NCBI GenBank assembly: GCA_020632235.1
Contig: JACKFY010000002.1
Location: forward strand, 96,894 to 160,893
DNA: 64,000 bases
DNA from: Pseudomonadales bacterium
GTDB lineage: Bacteria; Patescibacteriota; Microgenomatia; UBA1400; PJMF01
Direction: 5' to 3'
Shown: one piece after another, positions 44,953 to 54,249 of the stretch
Layout: each line of letters begins with the position of its first letter
Numbering within the stretch: position 1 is the first letter of the stretch
Program-made: the position numbers and the translations under genes
Notes under the pieces: model-generated
The model's database searches: none
Seen by the model: only the letters and a program-made list of their open reading frames with translations
Told to the model about the DNA's origin: nothing

Positions 44953-46410
44953 CTACGCGTGTGTCTTCAGCTTGGTTACTTCTTGCTTAAACTGGTTTCC
45001 CCTATCGGCGTAGTTTGTAAATGTGCCAAAGCTAGGGCTGCCTGGACTGAGCAACACAATGTTTCCTGGCGAGGCGTGCTGCTGTGCTTCTCGTGCTGCC
45101 TGCTGCATTGTTGCTACAAAGACAATCGAGATAGTATGTGTTGGGTTGATCTTTGTTAGTTCTTTTTGTATGTCCTCACCTGTTGGGCGAAACAAGACGA
45201 GGTGCGCCACCGAGTTTGCGAGTAATTCTTGGGCAAGTGCGTGAAATGACAGCCCTCGGCTGTAGCCGCCTGCAATGAGCACAACTGGAGTGTCTGGAAA
45301 TGACTTGAGTGCAGCAATGGTTGCGTCTGGTGTGGTAGAGAGTGAGTCGTTGTAGTACTGTACTTCTTTGATTGTGTCTACATACTCGAGTCGGTGGGCA
45401 AGAGGTTGAAAGTGCTCGATGCTCGTCTGCACTCTTTGCTGAGGAATACTGTACATCTTGGCAATGGCGAGAGCGGGGAGAATGTTGTAGCAGTTGTGGT
45501 CTCCTGGTAGCTGCACCCTTGATCTCTCAATAACTGTTTTTCCCTTCAGCTTGATTGTACTTGGGGCAATACGGTACTCACTAGTGTCAACTTTTACACC
45601 AGTAGAGAGGTGGGCTATATCTGTTGATTCGCTAAACGCTGCATTATAGATGACTGTGTCGCGTGTTGTTTGAAAACGAGTAATAGATGCTTTTGCCTGT
45701 TTGTATTCTTCATACGAACTGTAGTAGTCAAGGTGTTCGGGCGTGACGTTTTGCACAACTGCGATGTGGGGACTTACGGTGAGTGGGGAGAGCTGGTGGC
45801 TGGAGAGCTCTAGCACAAAGATGGTTTTTTTTGTCTCTTGGCTACTTGTTTTGTCAATTGGTTGTTTTTGATGTGTGTCTGTTGCTATTCGCCATTTTTC
45901 CCAGACATCCAGTGGGGGAACACCGATGTTGCCACCCAGAAAAACGTGGGTTGTTCCTAGAAAGTCGGAAAGTACGGTGTAGATAAGGCTTGCAGTGGTG
46001 CTCTTTCCCTTGGTTCCTGTCACACCAATGATGGTGGAAGTATCACAGGCACACTTGAAAAATAGGTCGGTATTACTTGTTTTTTTTGCATGAGGAAACG
46101 CACGCTCTAGCGCTTGTATAACTGGCGCATTTGGTGGAATACCGGGAGAGAGGGAGAGTGTGACATGCTCTTTTGTTGGTGCGCGGCTAGGTATCTCTTT
46201 TGCTGAGAGTACTGCGTGATCGCCTTGCTTGAGTATTGTTTGCCACCGGGCGCTCAACTCTGCCATAGGCTTATCGTCAACAAAGAGAATGGCTGTTGTA
46301 GGGAAGTGTTGCGTTAAGAATTGATAGGTAGAAAATCCCTCCCGACCCAACCCCACAATAACGACAGTGCCACTACAAAGCTCAATAACTGACTGGGGAA
46401 ACACACTCAT
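44953..46410 (-). CDS. murD: UDP-N-acetylmuramoyl-L-alanine--D-glutamate ligase (MurD-type Mur ligase)
   Basis: N-terminal Rossmann VVIVGLGREGFSTYQFL, Mur ligase P-loop IIGVTGTKGKSTTASLI; start at MSVFPQSV (track ORF to 46506 would overlap the upstream gene). Confidence 0.75.
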   Translation of the reverse strand: MSVFPQSVIELCSGTVVIVGLGREGFSTYQFLTQHFPTTAILFVDDKPMAELSARWQTILKQGDHAVLSAKEIPSRAPTKEHVTLSLSPGIPPNAPVIQALERAFPHAKKTSNTDLFFKCACDTSTIIGVTGTKGKSTTASLIYTVLSDFLGTTHVFLGGNIGVPPLDVWEKWRIATDTHQKQPIDKTSSQETKKTIFVLELSSHQLSPLTVSPHIAVVQNVTPEHLDYYSSYEEYKQAKASITRFQTTRDTVIYNAAFSESTDIAHLSTGVKVDTSEYRIAPSTIKLKGKTVIERSRVQLPGDHNCYNILPALAIAKMYSIPQQRVQTSIEHFQPLAHRLEYVDTIKEVQYYNDSLSTTPDATIAALKSFPDTPVVLIAGGYSRGLSFHALAQELLANSVAHLVLFRPTGEDIQKELTKINPTHTISIVFVATMQQAAREAQQHASPGNIVLLSPGSPSFGTFTNYADRGNQFKQEVTKLKTHA

Positions 46411-47903
46411 ATACCAAGACTTTCTCTTGCGCTTGGTATATCTACAGCCAGCTGGTTTTGCAAGTTTTCTGCTAGATTTATAGGCACTGCGTGCTCTGTG
46501 TTCCAACCAGTAATAAGTGCTTTTGCTCTTTCTGGCAGGTTTTTTTCGTGCAGGAGTACTCTCTGTTGCACTTTTTGAAGTACTACAGGCAGGTTTTTTT
46601 TATTTTCTTGATAGACTCTGACAGCAAGCCAGAACGAAATAATAGACTCTTCGTACAGACCCACGCACTCAAGTGGTTTGTTTTTCCCATATCCTGTCAA
46701 GTCAACTGCAGTAGTAATGAGTTTTTTATTTTCAAATAGGTTGCTACCAAAGTAGTTCTCGATGTCACTTTGTTCTAAAAACGGAAAGAGAATAATAAAG
46801 GCAAAGAGGCATTTGGGGCAGTCTTGACACCAGGTATTTGTTTTTCGACCACGGTTGCAACTACGAAAGACGGGGTGAAAGCGCTCTTGATGAGCAAATA
46901 ACATACCAATTTGTAGCTCGTAGAGCGGTCGGAGGAGCGAAAAATAGTAGGGGGGAATGGTGTTTTTACTGGAGAGTGTGCGATGTGCGTACTCTTGAAA
47001 TGCAGTTTCAAAGTGAAATGATTTTGAGTACTGGTGGTTTATTTCTTGGCCAAACAGCGTCGTATTACCTTCGTTAGCACTTCTTTCATTGGAAAGGGCG
47101 ATAGCATCAAAGTCTTTGAGTCTTGCCAAGAGTGTGGTCAGGAACGCAACACTCGCAGAAAATGGCACGTGACCATTACGGTAGCCTTCTTGATTGAGCC
47201 GCAGTACTGTTGGATCTAGTATCCTATCTATTACGAAATGTTTTGATAGATTGCTTAATGCTATGATATCTTTTGTTGCTTGGGTGGGGTTGATAGCAAC
47301 ACTCGCAAGTGATTGCTGTGCTTGGTCGGCGTACAGATTTTGTAGTTGGGTCAGGGTGACGACTGAGTCTTTTCCGCCTCCAATAGGAATGAGTGCCGTG
47401 TGGGGTTTTGGTGGCACCCCGCCCGCACCAAGATCTACAGTAGCGTCCGAGTGGAGCGAGAGAGGCATAGCATCTGTATTACTTACAATCTGTACAAAGT
47501 CTTTCTCGTTGGGGTCAATCTGGTTGACGAAAAAGAACTCACCCATGCCATGGAGCAACAGGGAGTGCCACCAAGCCACCTGCCAGTCATCTAAATAGGC
47601 GACGCGTACATCAATGACCGGAGAAACGGTTGATTTCCAGTAGCTGAGGAGCTCTACCAGGCCTAGAGAGGCGAGAAGACTATGCAGTTCACTCGGGGGA
47701 ATGGCTACGACATCGTGCTGGGTGACATTGTGGAGTGTGAGCGTGTGGGTGAAGGAGTGATCTGGTGGGGTGCTGTAGCGAAAGGTGATGTGAAGCGCGT
47801 TATCGGTGACGCGCCACTCTATAGCATCAAAAGAAATGGTGGGGTACTGTGATCGAAGTACTGCAGTTGTTTTCATGTAGCATTCATTATAGCGTATGTA
47901 CAA
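46407..47903 (-). CDS. PP-loop ATP pyrophosphatase superfamily protein with CxxCxxC cluster, function unknown
   Basis: LIPIGGGKDSVVTL (SGGKDS-type PP-loop) at residue ~175; CQDCPKC near residue 360; 4-nt overlap with murD start. Confidence 0.45.
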   Translation of the reverse strand: MYIRYNECYMKTTAVLRSQYPTISFDAIEWRVTDNALHITFRYSTPPDHSFTHTLTLHNVTQHDVVAIPPSELHSLLASLGLVELLSYWKSTVSPVIDVRVAYLDDWQVAWWHSLLLHGMGEFFFVNQIDPNEKDFVQIVSNTDAMPLSLHSDATVDLGAGGVPPKPHTALIPIGGGKDSVVTLTQLQNLYADQAQQSLASVAINPTQATKDIIALSNLSKHFVIDRILDPTVLRLNQEGYRNGHVPFSASVAFLTTLLARLKDFDAIALSNERSANEGNTTLFGQEINHQYSKSFHFETAFQEYAHRTLSSKNTIPPYYFSLLRPLYELQIGMLFAHQERFHPVFRSCNRGRKTNTWCQDCPKCLFAFIILFPFLEQSDIENYFGSNLFENKKLITTAVDLTGYGKNKPLECVGLYEESIISFWLAVRVYQENKKNLPVVLQKVQQRVLLHEKNLPERAKALITGWNTEHAVPINLAENLQNQLAVDIPSARESLGI

Positions 47904-48376
47904 AAGAGCTTCATCAAAAAGTTATAAGATATCTTTGCATCGTCTGAACATTGGTGACTGATCACTTGTTTTTTTGCACCCTTCTCTTTAAAGGCGAAGT
48001 ATTTTTTTTGGCAGAGTTATGCTCTTTTTTTGTGAAAAAAAGCACGTTTTTACTCTAGAAAAAATATACTCATTTTGTGCAGTGTGGCGGTGTTTAAAGT
48101 AGATGGAGTAACAGTGGCTTTCAGCTCGTTGCAGCAGGGCATGCATCTGCTATTCATTTCGTACGTTTGGTTTTTGTTTACCGAAGTGGAAAGATGCTGA
48201 AGTGTACTATTTTTAATAGAGTATCCCCCTTTAAAGGGAGTGCAAGCCCAGAGCTTGTTTGTCTTGCATGTTCTGATATAAAAACCAGCTTGCGAGAATG
48301 GATGAGAGTGCCTAAAATGGGCAGAAACGTTTGGATGCTGTTTGGACAGCGAATATACGTATACAGGAGGCACTGA

Positions 48377-49273
48377 GTGAAAAAAAATAATGATACAAAA
48401 GTGAAAATTTTTGACTTATCTTTTTTTGGCAGTAAAAAGCATCAACTGCTAGATTCAATAAACCTACAGAAACCCCCAAGACAGGCTAAAAATAGTCCTA
48501 TAACAGTGATTTTTACACCAAATCCGGAGCACATCGTGCAGTCCAAGAGCGACGTAGAGTTTTACCATCTCTTGCTGCAAGCAGACATTCGCATACCCGA
48601 TGGAATAGGCCTTATAGTTTCATCTCGGTTGCTATTTTTGCTTGGAAAGCTCCCAAAGCCACTTGCAGAGCGCATCACGGGTGTAGACCTGAGCACATCA
48701 TTACTTCATTTAGCCTGGCAGGCAGATACAACTGCTTTGCTTGTTGGTGGAAAAGACTATCAAACAGGGAAAAAATATACTGTCCGAATACATCTTGGTG
48801 ATATCTCATATACTGTGCGCGATGTAGAGCAACTGAGTGGTTCTCGCACCCAAGCTCCAGGTAAGAAATCAACAGATGGCAGTAAAAACGGCTTGGTTTA
48901 TCATGAATTATGGTGGAGTGGTGGTTTTGCAGATGTTTCTAGACCTACGCAAACAGAGGTTGCTCGGCTACACGCTGCGATCCAAACTCTTCGCCCTGCA
49001 GTTGTGTTTGTGGCGTTTGGCGCGCCATACCAAGAGCGTTGGGTGATGCAAGAGAAGGAGTTTTTGCGCCAAAACGGTGTTCGGGTAGTGTTGGTGGTGG
49101 GTGGGGCGTTTGATATGTTGCTTGGCAAATTACCTCGCGCGCCACGATGGATGCGCGCGGTAGGGCTCGAGTGGCTGTTTCGTTTGGTGCGTGAGCCGTG
49201 GCGCTGGCGACGCCAGCGCGCACTCTTGGTGTATGTGTGGCTCACGCTCAAAGAAGCGTTTCGTCGTGGGTGA
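48377..49273 (+). CDS. WecB/TagA/CpsF-family glycosyltransferase
   Basis: N-terminal VKIFDLSFFGSKKHQLLDSI and RIPDGIGLIVSSRLL match the family's conserved N-terminal and DG-containing blocks. Confidence 0.7.
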   Translation: MKKNNDTKVKIFDLSFFGSKKHQLLDSINLQKPPRQAKNSPITVIFTPNPEHIVQSKSDVEFYHLLLQADIRIPDGIGLIVSSRLLFLLGKLPKPLAERITGVDLSTSLLHLAWQADTTALLVGGKDYQTGKKYTVRIHLGDISYTVRDVEQLSGSRTQAPGKKSTDGSKNGLVYHELWWSGGFADVSRPTQTEVARLHAAIQTLRPAVVFVAFGAPYQERWVMQEKEFLRQNGVRVVLVVGGAFDMLLGKLPRAPRWMRAVGLEWLFRLVREPWRWRRQRALLVYVWLTLKEAFRRG

Positions 49274-49274
49274 T

Positions 49275-49365
49275 ACAAAACCCCTCTATCCCGACTAAAG
49301 TCGGGATGTCCCTGCCCCCCCGATGTTTCATCGGGGGGTCTCCTTACAAAAGGGAGAGGGGGCTG
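49275..49365. repeat. mosaic intergenic repeat, copy E
   Basis: acaaaacccctctatcccgactaaagtcgggat + inserted hairpin cccccccgatgtttcatcgggggg + tctccttacaaaagggagagg; same AAAACCC / CCCGAC-loop-GTCGGG / CCTTACAAGGG parts as copies A-C. Confidence 0.5.
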
Positions 49366-49369
49366 GATT

Positions 49370-49651
49370 TTATTCGTCAGAGATGGTAGTTATACCAAGT
49401 AGCCAGAGCACTGACTCTTTTTTGTATCGGCGGTCACCTCGAGAATTAATACGGATAGGGTTGAGTTTACCCCTCTTGCCCCATCTTTTTATAGTCAGTG
49501 GCGAGACACGCAGGAGGTCTGCTACTTCGCGTACGGTGAGTAAATCTGGCAGATTGCTAATATCTAGCTTATTAGCATCATCAGCTCTGCCTGTTTTTTT
49601 TACTTTTTGGTCAGACGCGCTGTCACTGGTTGCGGGGACGGCGGTGTTCAT
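49370..49651 (-). CDS. excisionase/MerR-family helix-turn-helix DNA-binding protein
   Basis: LLTVREVADLLRVSPLTIKRWGKRGKLNPIRINSRGDRRYK; start at MNTAV with AGGAG 4 nt upstream (track ORF extends to 49720). Confidence 0.55.
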   Translation of the reverse strand: MNTAVPATSDSASDQKVKKTGRADDANKLDISNLPDLLTVREVADLLRVSPLTIKRWGKRGKLNPIRINSRGDRRYKKESVLWLLGITTISDE

Positions 49652-49904
49652 GCTACTCCTTTCGTAGGTGAGCGTACTTGGTATACATCTGGCAGGACAA
49701 AGACATACATTGCAGATCAAAATCTGCGCAATTTGTCTTTAGTACTCTTAAAAGTAGCAGAGTAGTACCAAGTAGGTCAACAGAGTATTTTATCTGTCTC
49801 AGCAAGCTAAATAGAGTTATCTTTACTTTTCCACAATTACATCTTATAATTGTCAAAACAGTAGTAGAAAATATCTTATAGTTATTTGATGGGGAAAAGT
49901 TTGT

Positions 49905-50168
49905 ATGATTAGGCTCAACCAAAGGCAGCCAGTAGACCAGCAAAAAGCAATAGCTGCCAAATATATTTACGAGCATGGGGGGGGCGAGGATTTAGCTGCT
50001 ACTCTCAAGCAGCTCGACTCTGGAATTCAAGCTCAGCTTTTTTATATTTTTATAAGGGGTATAAATCCTGTTGGTCAGCCTTTGCCCGGGGTTTCCTCAG
50101 AAGGAATTGCGCAGTTAGCCTCACTGATATTTAGTTGGATGGCAAATAATAGAGAAGAGTGGAAGTAA
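49905..50168 (+). CDS. hypothetical small protein
   Basis: 87-aa ORF ending immediately before a strong terminator; no recognisable motif. Confidence 0.3.
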   Translation: MIRLNQRQPVDQQKAIAAKYIYEHGGGEDLAATLKQLDSGIQAQLFYIFIRGINPVGQPLPGVSSEGIAQLASLIFSWMANNREEWK

Positions 50169-50225
50169 AACCCCTCACTTTTCTGCTTGGTGGTAGCCAG
50201 GCGCGAAAGTGAGGGGTTTTTGATT
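50167..50225. terminator. bidirectional intrinsic terminator (serves rplL on minus strand and the small ORF on plus)
   Basis: aaaacccctcacttt ... aaagtgaggggttttt: 11-bp GC-rich stem flanked by A-run upstream and T-run downstream. Confidence 0.7.
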
Positions 50226-50237
50226 TTCTAGCTTAAC

Positions 50238-50645
50238 TTACTTCAGCTCGACAACACAACCAGCCTCTTCAAGTGATTTCTTGGCGGCCTCGGCGTCTTC
50301 TTTTTTAGCACCTTCCAGAACTGTCTTTGGGGCACTTTCAACAAACGTCTTGGCATCACCTAGGCCGAGTTCTGGCTTGAGAGCACGCACAGCTTTGATA
50401 GCACCGATCTTGTTTGAGCCTGCATCTTTGAGGATAACGTCAAACTCGGTTTGTTCTTCAGCTGCTGCTGCCTCGCCACCTGCTGCAGGCATGGCGCCCG
50501 CCATCATCATAGGTGCAGCGGCACTCACACCGAAGGTGTCTTCAAGGGCTGTTACGAGTTCTGATACTTCCATCAGGGAGAGTTCAGACACAGCATCAAC
50601 GATGCTTTGTACCTTTTTGGAAAGGTCTTTTTTTTCTTCTGTCAT
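50238..50645 (-). CDS. rplL: 50S ribosomal protein L7/L12
   Basis: Ala/Glu-rich hinge and C-terminal [51 protein letters not shown]. Confidence 0.9.
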   Translation of the reverse strand: MTEEKKDLSKKVQSIVDAVSELSLMEVSELVTALEDTFGVSAAAPMMMAGAMPAAGGEAAAAEEQTEFDVILKDAGSNKIGAIKAVRALKPELGLGDAKTFVESAPKTVLEGAKKEDAEAAKKSLEEAGCVVELK

Positions 50646-50689
50646 AGGTTTCCTTTTTAGATATGACTACTTGTATTACTTACTACTGT

Positions 50690-51208
50690 TTATGCTGTTT
50701 CCTGTGCTTTCTTATCTTGTAGGGCCTTGAGTGCATAGACAAGGTTTTTTTGCCCTGCCTTTAAGACATTCACTAAACCATATGATGGACCCTGGATGCG
50801 CGCAATAAGAGTTGCGATGAGTTCGTCCTTGCCAGGTAGTTTGCTTAGTGCCAGTACTTCTTCAATAGAGAGCACCTTGTCTTCCATGTAGCCTTGCTTG
50901 ATGGTTAGTTTTTCCGTCTCGTCGTGAAAGGAAAAGAGCGCTTTGATAGCGGCAACTGCGTCGCTGTTGGAGAACACAATGGCGTTCATGCCAGTGAGGG
51001 AGTCGGTCAGCTTTCCTTTGCCTACCGCAATATCGATGAGGGTGTTTTTGGTCACCAGCATCTCGCCACCAGCGGCCGCAATTTGCTTTCTCAGCTCTAC
51101 TTGGTCATTGACAGTAGTGCCAGAGTAATCAACGATGGTAATTGATGCAGCATTCGCTACTTTATCTCTCAAAAGAGCAATTTGATCTTGGTTTTTTTGA
51201 CTTGGCAT
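50690..51208 (-). CDS. rplJ: 50S ribosomal protein L10
   Basis: 172 aa, position upstream of rplL, L10-like N-terminal [39 protein letters not shown]. Confidence 0.85.
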   Translation of the reverse strand: MPSQKNQDQIALLRDKVANAASITIVDYSGTTVNDQVELRKQIAAAGGEMLVTKNTLIDIAVGKGKLTDSLTGMNAIVFSNSDAVAAIKALFSFHDETEKLTIKQGYMEDKVLSIEEVLALSKLPGKDELIATLIARIQGPSYGLVNVLKAGQKNLVYALKALQDKKAQETA

Positions 51209-51626
51209 AGTTTTTGTCGTACCTAGTGTATGTAATAATTAGTTAGTTGGTTCACAAGAGAGTACGCTCAAACGCTTGCAGCGTGCGCGTAGTTGGTTTT
51301 TTACCAAGGGGAGAGTATATAGCTTTGGTAGTCTTTTGGTTAGACTGCGTAAAAGCTAGTGTGTCTTCCTCGGTGCGACTTATGTTTGCACACTGTCTTT
51401 GGAACAAGGGCTAGTATATCACGGATTACCTACCCTGCAATCTTCAAAGTTCTTGACATGCCTACCTGCGCAATTACAACAGGTCATTGTGCTTTGCCAA
51501 AACTGTGTTACTATCTGTTCTATGTATAGATGGAGTGTGTCCACCATTACTTTTAAGAAGCAACAACTTCGCGGCGCGCGGGTTGGCTTTTATGTAGCAT
51601 AAGACACACCACACATAAAACGCTCA

Positions 51627-51655
51627 CACCCGCTTAAGACAAGCGGGTTTTTTGC
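51627..51655 (+). terminator. orphan plus-strand intrinsic terminator ~290 nt upstream of thrS
   Basis: cccgctt-aagac-aagcggg followed by TTTTTT. Confidence 0.6.
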
Positions 51656-51946
51656 TTTTACACCATCGCAACTATAGGTTGGTTGGTTGAAAGCAGGGCG
51701 GTTTTTTATAAAATTGATGCAGTAGCATCCATGGTGATTGATGCGAGTATTTACTTGCAGCTATTTGATAGTCATACAGACCGAGAAACCATCCGATGCA
51801 TTCGTGATATCTTTGAGCAAACAGCACTGCAGCTTGATGCATCGTTGTTAACGGCAGATGCGCAGCTACTACAGGCTCATCCAGCCTGTATTTCTCTGGG
51901 GGAGTATCAAAAACTGTGTTAGACTAACAAAGTCTGAAAGTCTGAT

Positions 51947-53701
51947 ATGAAACAACACGCATCTAATGAAAAAAACTATCTTCAACGCCTTCGTCACTCG
52001 GCAGCGCATCTACTAGCAGCTGCAGTGCTCCAGCTCTATCCAGATGCCAAGCCAACCATAGGCCCTGCCATTGATGATGGGTTTTATTATGACTTTGACT
52101 TCCCAGAGCCGGTGGGCGAGGCCGAGCTAGCGGCTATCGAACAAAAGATGCACGCACTTCTCTCCCGCTGGAAAGAGTTTTCCCATAGGGAAGTTTCACC
52201 AAAAGAGGCACGCGCGCAGTTTGCGCGCAATGCATACAAACTGGAACTGATTGACGAACTTGACCAACAAAAAGAAGCGATCACTCTGTACACCTCGGGC
52301 GCCTTCACCGACTTGTGTCGTGGTGGACACGTAGAAAAACCCAGCGAAGAACTACAGCACTTTAAGCTCCTTTCGGTTGCTGGTGCGTACTGGCGGGGAA
52401 GTGAAAAAAATAGCATGTTGACGCGCATCTATGGCACCGCATTTTCTTCCAAAAAAGAGCTAGATGAGTATCTCCAGATGAAAGAAGAGGCAAAGAAGCG
52501 CGACCACAAAGTGCTCGGACCGCAACTTGACCTATTTACCTTTTCAGAACTTGTTGGCTCTGGCTTGCCACTCTGGACGCCCAAAGGCATGGTTATACGC
52601 TCAGAGCTTGACAACTTTGTGTGGCAGTTGCGCCAGGAAAAGGGCTACCAGCGGGTAGAAATTCCCCACATTACCAAAAAAGATCTATATGAAACCAGTG
52701 GTCATTGGGATAAGTTTAAAGATGAGTTGTTTCGTATCGTGACGCGTGAAGGGCATGAGTTTGCCATGAAGCCGATGAACTGTCCGCATCACACCCAGAT
52801 TTTTGCTAGAAAGCCGCACAGCTACCGAGAGATGCCTCAGCGGTATGCCAACACCACGATGGTTTATCGCGACGAGCAGAGTGGTGAGCTGGCTGGGCTT
52901 TCTCGAGTACGTTCGATCACCCAGGACGATGCCCATGTATTTTGTCGGCCATCTCAGATAAAAGAGGAAATGTTTAAAATCTGGGATATTATCGACACCT
53001 TTTACTCAGCCGTGGGGTTTGACCTTGACCTACGTATTTCTTTGTCTGACCCAGCAGAGCCAAAAAAATACCTGGGGAAACGAGATGACTGGTTGGTCGC
53101 CGAGGCAACGCTGCGCGAGATGGCTGATGAGCGAGGAGTAGAGGCTCAGGAAGTGGAGGGAGAAGCTGCCTTTTACGGCCCCAAGCTAGACTTTATGGCG
53201 CGGGACGCACTCGGTCGCGAGTGGCAGGTGGCGACTATTCAGCTTGATATGAACATGCCCGAACGCTTTGATCTCTATTGTATTAACGAGAGTGGTGAAA
53301 AAGAGCGGGTGGTGATGATCCACGCGGCGATTATGGGCGCTATTGAGCGCTATTTATCAATCTTAATTGAGCACTATGCAGGCGCATTTCCTGTGTGGCT
53401 GTCACCTGTGCAAGTCAAGATTTTGCCTATTTCTGATAAATTTTTGGAATACGCGCACAGTGTGGAGAAGACTTTGCAAGAGCAAGGGGTGAGGGTAGAG
53501 CTTGATGAGCGTTCCGAGCGACTTTCAGCTAAAATTCGTGATGCACAGCTAGAAAAAACTCCCTACATGTTGGTAGTAGGGGAGAAAGAACAAGCAGACA
53601 ACTCTGTTGCTGTGCGCACGCGTGAGGGTGGCGCGCAAGAGGTGCTGGCTCTTGATAGCTTTGTAGAGCAGGTTGTTAGAGAGATTAGCGAGAGAGCTTG
53701 A
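51947..53701 (+). CDS. thrS: threonine--tRNA ligase lacking the N-terminal TGS domain
   Basis: begins in the N2 editing domain (RHSAAHLLAAAV), class II motifs FRDEQSGELAGLSRVRSITQDDAHVFC, anticodon-binding C-terminus; TGA stop. Confidence 0.9.
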   Translation: MKQHASNEKNYLQRLRHSAAHLLAAAVLQLYPDAKPTIGPAIDDGFYYDFDFPEPVGEAELAAIEQKMHALLSRWKEFSHREVSPKEARAQFARNAYKLELIDELDQQKEAITLYTSGAFTDLCRGGHVEKPSEELQHFKLLSVAGAYWRGSEKNSMLTRIYGTAFSSKKELDEYLQMKEEAKKRDHKVLGPQLDLFTFSELVGSGLPLWTPKGMVIRSELDNFVWQLRQEKGYQRVEIPHITKKDLYETSGHWDKFKDELFRIVTREGHEFAMKPMNCPHHTQIFARKPHSYREMPQRYANTTMVYRDEQSGELAGLSRVRSITQDDAHVFCRPSQIKEEMFKIWDIIDTFYSAVGFDLDLRISLSDPAEPKKYLGKRDDWLVAEATLREMADERGVEAQEVEGEAAFYGPKLDFMARDALGREWQVATIQLDMNMPERFDLYCINESGEKERVVMIHAAIMGAIERYLSILIEHYAGAFPVWLSPVQVKILPISDKFLEYAHSVEKTLQEQGVRVELDERSERLSAKIRDAQLEKTPYMLVVGEKEQADNSVAVRTREGGAQEVLALDSFVEQVVREISERA

Positions 53702-53767
53702 TGTTGTGAAGAGAAATTGCTATTTTGATGCTTTGATGCTAAAATGCTCTAAATAAGTAAGAGAGGC

Positions 53768-53992
53768 ATGAGTATGCGCACCACAATTTCATTTAATGAT
53801 TCGGTCTACACAGCTTTAAAAACTCAAGCAACAGAGGCAGGCACGACTGTTTCACAGCTGGTACAGGACGCTGCCATTCATAGCTTACTTGAAAATGCAG
53901 AAGATATTGATGATGCGCTGGCGCGCTTGAGCGAGCCTACGTATTCATTTGATGATCTTCTCAAGACATTCAAGCTTGAGGGTTTGCTGTGA
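53768..53992 (+). CDS. ribbon-helix-helix (CopG/ParD-like) antitoxin
   Basis: TISFNDSVYTALKTQATEAGTTVSQLVQDA; 4-nt ATGA overlap with toxin gene. Confidence 0.7.
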   Translation: MSMRTTISFNDSVYTALKTQATEAGTTVSQLVQDAAIHSLLENAEDIDDALARLSEPTYSFDDLLKTFKLEGLL

Positions 53993-54249
53993 AGTACACT
54001 ATCAAGTACAAGAAAAGTGTTGAAAAAGATCTACGCAAACTTTCACAGAAAGATAGATCTGCAGTAGTGCGCAAGATTGTATCTCTCGGAGAGACTCCTC
54101 GTCCTGCATACAGCATTAAACTAAAAGGATCGGTCAATTTATATCGCCTACGACACGGTGCATACAGAATTATATATCAGATCTTTGATACAACGGTGAT
54201 GGTGGTAGTGGTAAAAGTAGGTCATCGCAAAGATGTATACAAACCGTAG
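53989..54249 (+). CDS. RelE/ParE-family toxin
   Basis: 86 aa, LYRLRHGAYRIIYQIFDTTVMVVVVKVGHRKDVY matches RelE/ParE C-terminal core. Confidence 0.75.
   Translation: MKYTIKYKKSVEKDLRKLSQKDRSAVVRKIVSLGETPRPAYSIKLKGSVNLYRLRHGAYRIIYQIFDTTVMVVVVKVGHRKDVYKP

Noticed and set aside
7085-49365. Possibility that the dispersed repeats are a CRISPR array
   Set aside because: Copies are kilobases apart, mosaic rather than identical, with no regular repeat-spacer periodicity and no cas genes.
51627-51946. T-box riboswitch upstream of thrS
   Set aside because: Terminator is ~290 nt from the start codon and no AATTAGGGTGGNACCGCG-like T-box sequence or specifier-loop context was found.
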